From: the human T2T-CHM13v2.0 reference genome, Homo sapiens | Assembly: GCF_009914755.1 (NCBI RefSeq) | Contig: NC_060930.1 | Length of the DNA: 64,000 nt | Direction: 5' to 3' (one strand) | In this document: piece by piece, positions 49,622-64,000 of the stretch | Numbering within the stretch: the first letter of the stretch is position 1 | How the letters are laid out: each line of letters opens with the position of its first letter | The notes under the pieces: generated by a model | Database searches by the model: none | Seen by the model: the letters and a program-made list of their open reading frames with translations, nothing else | What the model was told of the DNA's origin: nothing | Program-made: the position numbers and the translations under genes

Positions 49622-50319
49622 TCACTCCTTCCCTTAGCCTTGTCAACAAAGCAACCAAGCTGGCCCTGGTAGACTCTGAAGAGGTAGAAGGGGAAGAAAC
49701 TGAGAGGTAAGCAGAGAGATGCAGAGTGAAGAAAGAGTCGGGGTGCTAGGCTGGGATCCTCCCATCTCACTCACTCCCTATCTCTTTAGCTGGGCCTCAC
49801 ATTGCTTCAGGGAGGCCCATCTTGGAGACAGGAGACTCAAATCCAGAGAGGAAGTGAGATCAAGTCCTAGGCCATAAAACAGAATCTGCTGGTGATCTGG
49901 GACTCGCCCCTCAGACGGTCTAGTGAAAAGAGGCAGAATCTATGATGGGAAGGGCTCTAGGTGAGCAACTCTCTTCCCAGGCTAACTCGGTCCCTGAAGC
50001 TCCTTTCCAGATTACACCTTTCATCTTGGGAGCTTTTCACTTTCTGATTTAAACTACAAATGCCTCCCTCCAACCCTTCACACAAGACCTAGGGGTAGTG
50101 CCTTTTTCACATTTCCTCCAAAATACTAACATGTGAGAAGGATCTGGGAGCATGGCCTAAAATATCTTTGAAGGCTCTTACTTTTACATTATAGGTCATG
50201 TAAAATTTGCTTTTGAACAATTACATATTCATGCTTATTTTAATGTAACATAAAAATGACACCTCCAAGAAATCAAAAGACCAGGGACACACATTTTTCT
50301 TTTTCTTTGCTTTTTTTTT

Positions 50320-50735
50320 TTAAATTTCTATTTTTTGAGACAGGGTCTCGCTCTGTCGCCCAGGCTGGAGTGCAGTGGTGCGATCTCGGCTCACTGCAAC
50401 TTCCGCCTCCGGGTTCAAGTGATTCTCATGCCTCAGCCTCCCGAGCAGCTGGGATTACAGGTGCACACCACAACACCCAGCTATTTTTTCTTCTTTTTTT
50501 TTTTTATTATACTTTAAGTTCTAGGGTACATGTGCACAACATACAGGTTTGTTACATAGGTATACATGTGCCATGTTGGTTTGATGCACCCAGCAGCCAG
50601 CTAATTTTTGTATTTTTAGTAGAGATGGGGTTTCATCATGTTGGCCAGGCTGGTTTCAAACTCCTGACCTCAAGTGATCCACCCGCCTTGGTCTCCCAAA
50701 GTGCTGGGATTATAGGCATGAGCCACCACGCCCAG
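50320..50735 (-). mobile_element. Antisense Alu with a nested L1PA 3'-end fragment (about 50484-50592)
   Basis: ttattatactttaagttctagggtacatgtgcacaac...catgtgccatgttggt is the canonical L1PA 3' end. Confidence 0.9.
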
Positions 50736-51253
50736 TGACACTCATTTTTCCAGAAGACTTCAGAGGCAGCAGTTCCAGTGAATCTATCCTTAACCTACCC
50801 ATCCCTCACTGGGTGTTCAGCCTGAATTGTTTTGCACATCTCCAGGCCTGACCTCCTCTCTCACTGTTCTCTGCCTCCAGACGTCACTGAGCTCTGAAAG
50901 CTCTTTTAACTTTCTTGCTATTCCTGAAGGAGAAATGTGATTTCTTCTGTCATCCTTTCAAGTGGTGGTGGGTTTTTCTCCCCCACACACACCTCAAGGT
51001 CTAGATAACAGGGCTAGTGTCCTCCTCGCTTCTAACTCTTGCCTCCAAATGGCCTTTTACTTTTTTCTCCCCAAAAAAGGCCAGTCCCTTTGAAGCCACA
51101 TCTGACTCCTTGCCACTATTTACTTCTCCTCATTACTGTCATTCACTGGTGACTTCCCTGCTTGTCTCAAAGCATCATGTCAGTCATTTCAGTGACTGTG
51201 ACCTCCAAGTGGATAAACAGCCCATCCCATACACTGGCCTCAAAGGTACTTGA

Positions 51254-51565
<312 letters not shown>

Positions 51566-51714
51566 TGAGATGTGTGGGGGTCACACTGCCCTCTTAGTCT
51601 CTAATTGCTGGCAACCTGGCATGGTCCCACATGCGTAAGCCACCGGGCCTGGCCTGGTCCTTGATCTCTTTAGTTCCAAAGAGCTTTTCTTCCACCTTAC
51701 CTAGTACTTCCATT

Positions 51715-51890
51715 CACTTGTGGTCCCTGAGCCACAAGTGCAGCATCTGGGAGCTTGCTAGAAATGCAATGTCTCAGGCCCCACCTCAGACCTGCTGAAT
51801 CAGGAACTGTGGGCTGGGGCCAGGAGTCTGTGTTTTAACAAGCCCTCCAGGTGCTTCCAATGCGTACTGAAGTTTGAGGATCACCACCCT
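51715..51890. mobile_element. MER5A
   Basis: catctgggagcttgctagaaatgca...ctcaggccccacctcagacctgctgaatcag...tgtgttttaacaagccctccaggtg. Confidence 0.85.
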
Positions 51891-51899
51891 AGGCCTTGC

Positions 51900-55740
<3,841 letters not shown>

Positions 55741-56035
55741 GCACATGGTCAATGCTGAATTAACGTCAGCTATCACTCCTTCATTTTACAAGACAATTCC
55801 TCTTTGACTCTGTTTAGTGTCTAGATTAGCAGGTATTTGTTGAGATAAAAATGATAATGGGATTTTAGAACTGGAAAAGGCCTTGAAGATTATCTAGCCC
55901 ATTAATTTCCAATTACCCATCTCAACACACTTTAAGATAACACATGCCCATCAGCAGTCGTGGCTCTGTAACAGCAGCATCTCAACTGGCTTGGTGTGAA
56001 GGTAGTATTATTCCCATCCATCTCTCTTTTTTTAG

Positions 56036-56146
<111 letters not shown>

Positions 56147-56447
56147 TAAGCACCTGGAATGCCCAGCTAATTTTTGTATTTTTAGTGGAGGTGGTGTTTT
56201 GCCATGTTGGCCAGGCTCCATCCATCTCTTAACACTTATTATTTAAGCAGCATTGAAGATTGATTAAAGGACAGTATCTCTGCCCAAGTTAAGAAATTTT
56301 ATGAGTGAAATATAACTTGATTTAACCTCTGGCCGAGGAATTTAAAATTCAATTGGTTTTTCATGTGGGTCAGTTGCCCATGACCTGCCCTATAAATAAA
56401 TGTCGCTGAGCTACTGAGTTATAAATATATCATTTTAAAGAGGATTA

Positions 56448-56627
<180 letters not shown>

Positions 56628-56630
56628 TCA

Positions 56631-56720
<90 letters not shown>

Positions 56721-57210
56721 TCAGACCCTGTCTCAAAAAATAAACAAATAAATAAATAAAAATAAAATAAATAAATAAATAGATAAATAAAATAAAGAGG
56801 ATTAAGAATCCATAGAGAGAAATGAGAGCTTGAAGTGAGTAACAATAGAAAGGATTTAAGGAGGGCAGGGTTAGGAATTGAGCAGGGGATTTGGAAAGAG
56901 AGTCCTGGGGATTGCAGGCAGTCAGCCATAAGCCTGGCTCCAGGGGCAAAGATATGCTTAAAATCGACAAACCCATGTCTTCTGAGCCCTAGTCAGGCTG
57001 GACCTGAAGCCCCACTGTGAATCATCTCCATCTGAGTGTTCTTGTGACCGAGTAGGACTCCCCTTGCTGATGCCTAAACTCTTGTGTTGCCCCCTCCCTC
57101 AGGACCAGTCTGAGCAGTGGGACCACCTAAATCGTGCCGTGTATCTTGCTTCTTGCTTTAATTCATTAATTTTTCCTCCCAGTCAATCACTTTACTTCTA
57201 AGCTTTAGAC

Positions 57211-57426
57211 CAAGCTTATCCAATTGGAGGCCCACGGGCTGCATGCGGCCCAGGACGGCTTTGAATGCAGCCCAACACAAATTGGTAAACTTTCTTAAAA
57301 CATTGTGAGATTTTCTTTCATGATTTTTTTTTTAATTAGCTATTATTAGCGTTAGTGTATTTTATGTGTGGCCCAAGACAATTCTTTCAATGTGGCCCAG
57401 GGAAGCCAAAAGATTAGACACCCCTG
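57211..57426. mobile_element. MER30 (hAT-Charlie)
   Basis: ggcccacgggctgcatgcggcccaggacggctttgaatgcagcccaacacaaa...gtggcccagggaagccaaaagattagacacccctg; TSD ctttagac / ctttagag. Confidence 0.9.
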
Positions 57427-59113
57427 CTTTAGAGGAAACGAGTACATTTTGGTAACGTGAGAGGTGAACAAACCTGGAATTTAGCTTTGAATATTCTGCA
57501 TTTAGTATGTGGATATTTGAGTACCTCATAGCCTGCTTACAAATTAGCTTCTAGGGCTGACCCTGTCACTAACAGCTTCATCTGTAAGCTGAAAGGGTGA
57601 CTGAGTGGGCAAATAACAACTCTCTAAGCCTTGGTTTTCTGTCCTGTAAAATGGGGACAATGGTAAGTACTTCAGTGTGTTAATAAAAATCAAAGGATTT
57701 TTGGTTTGTGGCTGGGCGCTGTGGCTCATGCCTATAATCCCAGCACTTTGGGAGGCTGAGGCTGGCAGATTGCTTGAGCTTACGAGTTTGAGACCAGCCT
57801 GGGCAACATGGCAAAACCCTGTTTCTACAGAAAAAAAAAAGAAAGAAAAAAAAAGAAAAATTAGCCGAGTGTGGTGATGTGTGCCTATAGTCCCAGCTAC
57901 TAAGGGGGCTGAGGTAGGAGGATCATTTAAGCCCAGGAGGCGGAGGTTACAGTGAGCCAAGATTGTCACTGCACTCCAGCCTGGGTGATAGAGCCAGAAC
58001 TGTCTGAAAAACAACGCTAAGGGCTGGGTGCGGTGGCTTATGCCTGTAATCCCAGCACTTTGGGAGGCCGAGGCGGGCGGATCACGAGGTCAGGAGATCG
58101 AGACCATCCTGGCTAACACAATGAAACCCCGTCTCTACTTAAAAATACAAAAAATTAGCTGGGCGTGGTGGCGGGTGCCTGTAGTCCCAGCTACTCGGGA
58201 GGCTGAGGCAGGAGAATGGAGTGAACCTGGGAGGCGGACCTTGCAGTGAGATTGTGCCACCACACTCCAGCATGGGTGATAGAGCAAGACTCCATCTCAA
58301 AAAAACAAAAACAAAAACTCTAAGGTAAATGTTATCCCTACCCTGGAGGTAACCTGAGGTCTTTTCCAGCTGGTTCTTGAACAGTATAGCACACAAGCAT
58401 CTAAAGTATCATCGGAATGGTACTGCCATTTACTGAATGTCTGTTACCTGCTCAATACTGTGCAAGGTTTTTTATCAGTTATCGAATACTCCAACCTTAT
58501 TAAGCTGGAGCATTAAATATATGTCAAATGTAAGTATGTAGGTATTATTTCCTACAGACTTATTATTACCTTTACTAATGAGTACACTGAGGCCCTGACA
58601 GGGTTAAATCTCTTGCCCAAGTTTACGGCAGTCAGTGGGTTTGAACTCTTATCTGACTCATGTCTGTCTGACTCCAAAGTCCATGTTTGCTCTATTCTGT
58701 CATTCATTAGTCTTGTAATAGAACTAACTTAATAATGTAATGTAAGACAGGGATGGTTGCAGACAACTAGAAATGTTAAGAAACTAGACTAATAATTTAA
58801 AATGATTGCTTTATGTATTCACTGTGGCATGTTTAAATGGTCATAGGGCCAGGAACATATGCCATTCTTTCAAAGCACTGAAACTTGGCACTTGAACTAG
58901 TTTAGTCTGTCTTACCAGAGATCTGTAGTTATACTAAGACTCTTGGATGAGAACATGATTTTATTTAATATGAAGAAAATATAGGCTGGGCATGATGGCT
59001 GATGCCTGTAATCTCAGTATTTTGGGAGGCCAAGGCCGAAGAATCACTTGAGGTCAGGAATTTGAGACCAGCCTTGGCAACAAAGTGAGACCCCCATCTC
59101 TACAAAAAGATTA

Positions 59114-59308
<195 letters not shown>

Positions 59309-59796
59309 TTAGTCTCAGCTACTTGGGAGGCTGTGGTGGGAAGATCCCTTGAGCCCATAAGTTCGATTGTGTAGTGAGCTTTGATCGTACCACTGCACTC
59401 CAGCCTGGGCAACAGAACAAGACTCTGTCTCTACAAAAAAAAAAAAAAAAAGAAAAAGAAAAAAGATCATCTCACTTCCTACCTGCCTTCTGGTTCATTC
59501 TATTTTTTTTCTTTTTTTTGAGACGGAGTTTCACTCTTGTTGCCCATGGCGTGATCTTGGCTCATCGCAACCTCTGAGTTCAAGGGATTCTCCTGCCTCA
59601 GCCTCCCAAGTAGCTGGGATTACAGGCATGCGCCACCACACCCTGCTAATTTTGTATTTTTAGAAGAGACAGGGTTTCTCATATTGGCCAGGCTGGTCTC
59701 CAACTCCCAACCTCACATGATCCGCCCGCCTCAGCCTCCCAAAGTGCTGGGATTACAGGCGTGAGTCACCACTCCTGGCCGGTTCATTCTATTTTT

Positions 59797-59849
59797 TTTT
59801 TGCCATTACTTTTAATGGCAAAAACTGCAATTACTTTTGCACCAACATA
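59797..59849. mobile_element. Partial MADE1 (Hsmar1 mariner MITE)
   Basis: ttttgccattacttttaatggcaaaaactgcaattacttttgcaccaac. Confidence 0.9.
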
Positions 59850-60210
59850 TATTATCAAATCCACTCTTCTCTCACCATCTCCCATACCCACCATGGACAG
59901 AAAGTGTGACCCAGGCATTAATTCTAATTTTCAGGATATGCATTTTACTCAGAGGCCTAATTTAAAACCAACAAAAGAAAACCAAAAATCTTCTTAGCCT
60001 ATCAAGATAGCTATATCCTGATAAGCTAAGAAGTTATTTTGTTTATATCATTTTTTCAGTACTGTACTTCATGCCAAACTTGTTTATATCAAGAAGCGGG
60101 CTTCAAATATGCCAAATACTTTCGTCGAAGAAATACTGCTAGTTTTGGGCCAGGCGCAGTGGCTCATGCCTGTAATCCCAGCACTTTGGGAGGCCGAGGC
60201 AGGTGGATCA

Positions 60211-60471
<261 letters not shown>

Positions 60472-60535
60472 CTAGTTTTTCTCACGTGCATGTGTGCACA
60501 TGTAGTTCATTTGCTTATTTAAGCCGAGGTTTTAA

Positions 60536-60862
<327 letters not shown>

Positions 60863-60921
60863 TGAAAATGTGTCATAAATTGCTGCTTTGCTGCACATAG
60901 TTACCATTATGTTGCTCATGT

Positions 60922-61044
60922 TTTATTGACTAGTTCTTGATCTTCAAGTACTTATACCTGGTGTCAGTATGCTTTAGGCATTCATGAATGACAGTCAACA
61001 ACTGAGCTGAAGGTCATGGGGCACAAGGCTGCAATTCTTTTAAT
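60922..61044 (-). terminator. MRPS10: Candidate MRPS10 distal poly(A) signals (ATTAAA 61044-61039; AATAAA 60927-60922)
   Basis: Minus-strand hexamers about 1.45-1.6 kb after the stop; which one is used cannot be read from sequence. Confidence 0.5.
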
Positions 61045-62495
61045 GGTGATGACAGTAACGTAAGTCTGATACACAAGCAGTATGTATTCAACACACTGAT
61101 ACCTGATAGCATGTCAGGAAAAAAGAATAGGCAATGCAGTTTAAGGGGGGAAAAACTGAGAAGTCATAACTACTCCAAAGATGTGCAGGAAACCACAAAA
61201 GACATGGACCTGCTTCTACTATAAAAAGAAAATGAAGCACTTCTCTGGGGTTGCTATACCAACTGTTTCAGCCCATTGTAGTCTTGCCTCTTTCAGGGCT
61301 TTAGCCACTATTTCATTTCATGGAAAAGCAGACATCTCCTAACAAACAGAGTGACATTTACCAAAATAAAGAGGGCTTCTCAGTGAGAAGCTTAATAAAG
61401 AAAAATATTTACCTATGCTTTGCACAATTTTCTTTTTTTTTTTTTGAGACGGCGTCTCGCTCTGTCGCCAGGCTGGAGTGCAGTGGCGCGATCTCGTCTC
61501 ACTGCAGCCTCCACCGGGCCCGGGTTCACGCAATTCTCCTGCCTCAGCCTCCTGAGTAGCTGGGATTACAGGCACGTGCCACCATGTCCAGCTAATTTTT
61601 GTATTTTTATTAGAGACGGGGTTTCACCGTGTTAGCCAGGATGGTCTGGATCTCTTGACCTCGTGATCCGCCTGCCTCGGCCTCCCAAAATGCTGGGATT
61701 ACAGGCGTGAGCCACCGTGCCTGGCCTGCTTTGTGCGATTTTCAAAAGCCATTATTTCTATTCAATTTTGGGTACTTAACTACAGTGCTGGATGTAAAGT
61801 TTATGCAGTAAAAGCTTATTGAATGAATGAATCATAGGATAAATAATACAACTAGTAATTTCTTAAGATCATAAATTCCATTACAGTAACCCTGGTAGGC
61901 AACTCTATAAAGTTCTGGGCTCCAAGAAGAGGTCAGTGCATGCCATAAATGTGTTTGATCTGCTGTGAAGTATATTCAGTCTTCAAAATGTAATGCTTAC
62001 ATGAGATAAAATCGGTTGGTTACCACCCCCAAATTAGCATATGCCAGCCTGCACAAAGGTAAATAGCAAAAACTTTAACTGCTCAATCTGAATTAACCAA
62101 AGATTCCTTCTAGGAATCTTAAAAAAAAATAAGGGTACGAACACTCCAAGCACTTATTTTCAGATGCATCAACTGACATAAATTAAAAATGGTACAAACT
62201 AATAATTGAACACCAGTAGCGTAACAAAATAGAATTTTCACTCTTTCTGCTTTCAGTCAAAGTGGTTTGCTCATGTTTGCTGAAATCAGAACTGAAACAA
62301 TGAATAAAAAGAATAGATAAAAGTGGTTCTTCCATTAAAGTTCCATTCCCTGCCCTCAGCTGATGAGGGCACGAGAACTCAATGGAGCAGTTAGGGCAGA
62401 CTCAAATCATCTCAGCTGGAAGCACTCTCCACTTAAACATACTCATCTGGCCCACCCTCATTTCAAATTTAGGCAAAAATGGCCTCCCTGAGGCT

Positions 62496-62579
62496 TTATG
62501 ACTTGCTTTCTTCTTTTTCTTCTGATAGTGTTTCCCAGATTGGCTCCTTGATGTGTTCTGGTAACTGTTCTAATTGTGT
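62496..62579 (-). CDS. MRPS10: MRPS10 last coding exon
   Basis: Acceptor tttctttttttAG|ACA; TQLEQLPEHIKEPIWETLSEEKEESKS*; phase 0 matches the previous exon. Confidence 0.93.
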   Translation of the reverse strand, partial: TQLEQLPEHIKEPIWETLSEEKEESKS

Positions 62580-63061
62580 CTAAAAAAAGAAAGAAACAAA
62601 ACTATAATGTGGATTTAACAGAACTCTTTGACTACAAATCGGACTTATTAATTTGGTCAAATCCTCTTTACTTCTTTTTCTTTTATCCCCCTAGTCTTTC
62701 TATAGGGTTTTGAAATGGAAAGAAGGAAACTTGATGGTCTATAAAACACTCTCACATACATAATCGATTTGATCCTCAATGATCTTCATGGATTGCCACT
62801 TAATGGGATCCCCAGGTCTAGACAACTCATATTGAGGAGGGAGAACTTCATAGGTGGTTCACGGAGGACTTGGGCTGAAATGGCAGGATTCTGTTGCAAG
62901 GGGTGGGTAGCCCCCAACCACTGTGGCAACTGTGTCTCCCAGTTTGCCACAGTTTAGGGCAAACTCTACTCAGTGGGCCAGGACCAGGCTGCAATGTATC
63001 AAAACAACAATACAGATACCACTCCCCACCGCCCCACCGAAAGAGGCAGAAATTCAAGCTA

Positions 63062-63154
<93 letters not shown>

Positions 63155-64000
63155 CTAAAACATCAAACATGAAAATGTTTCATGTAAGCTGTTTGTTAAA
63201 GCACGGTTTTTTTTTTTTTTTTTTTGAGATGGAGTCTCACTCTGTTGCCTGGGCTGGAGTGTGTGCAATCTCAGCTCACTGCAACCTCTGCCTCCTGGGT
63301 TCAAGCCATCTCCTGCTTCAGTCCCCCGAGTGGCTGGGACTACAGGTGTGTGCCACCATGTCCAGCTAATTTTTTTTGTATTTTTAGTAGAGACGGGGTT
63401 TCATCATGTTGGCCAGGCTGGCCTCAAACTCCTGACCTCAAGTGATCCGCCTGCCTTGGCCTCCCAAAGTGCTAGGATTACAGGCATGAGCTACCGCACC
63501 TGGCCTCCCCTAAAGAATCTAACATAAAATCCCAGGCTCACAAAACAACTGAAGACAAAAGGACTAAATTATAAGATATAGTTAATATAAGATTTTCTGT
63601 GTGTACTATGAGAGACGTTTCCCTCAGACAAAGATGGATAAAATTTGGGTTTTTCTTTTTAAGAGTAGGGACTGCGCAGGCACAGTGGCTCACACCTGTA
63701 ATCCCAGCACTTTGGGAGGCCGAGGTGGGTGGAGCACCTGAGGTCAGGAGTTCAAGACCAGCCTGACCAATATGGTAAAACCCCATCTCTACTAAAAATA
63801 CAAAAATTAGCCAGGCGCGGTGGCGTACACCTGTAGTCCCAGCTACTAGCGAGGCTGAGACAGAATTGCTTGAACCCGGAAGGCAGAGGTTACAGTGAGC
63901 CTAGATTGTGCCACTGCACTCCAGCCTAGGTGGTGACAGAGTGAGACTCTATCTCAAAAAAAAAAAAAAAAAAAAAAAAGAGTAGGGACCATGACTTTAT

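Overview
Human/primate genomic DNA, recognisable from its proteins as the retinal GUCA1A-GUCA1B locus (6p21.1 from recall). It is not prokaryotic: there are no operons, CRISPR arrays, rRNAs or tRNAs. Four genes are supported by exact splice-site reconstruction. (1) A two-exon gene on + (9758-9811 joined to 17119-17448) encodes a 127-aa protein that the ORF track misses; I recognise it as GUCA1ANB/CIMIP3. (2) GUCA1A/GCAP1 is on +, with 4 coding exons and 201 aa. (3) GUCA1B/GCAP2 is on -, with 4 coding exons and 200 aa, tail-to-tail with GUCA1A. (4) The last two coding exons and 3'UTR of MRPS10 are on -. The rest is dense with repeats: roughly 60 Alus, plus MIR, L1, L2, MLT LTRs, hAT/mariner MITEs and STRs. 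Nearly all other listed ORFs are Alu translations or chance frames. The most interesting structure is the small upstream gene and its link to GUCA1A: it has a weak 3' end, there is a strong acceptor inside the GUCA1A photoreceptor promoter whose likely branch point coincides with a CRX-type site, and an in-frame stop protects the myristoylated GCAP1 N-terminus. Also notable are an in-frame uORF ahead of GCAP2, an NRL/CRX motif cluster in GUCA1B intron 1, and several unusual retrotransposon structures. I see no evidence of a wholly new multi-gene system. Repeat boundaries and subfamily calls were made by eye and are approximate.
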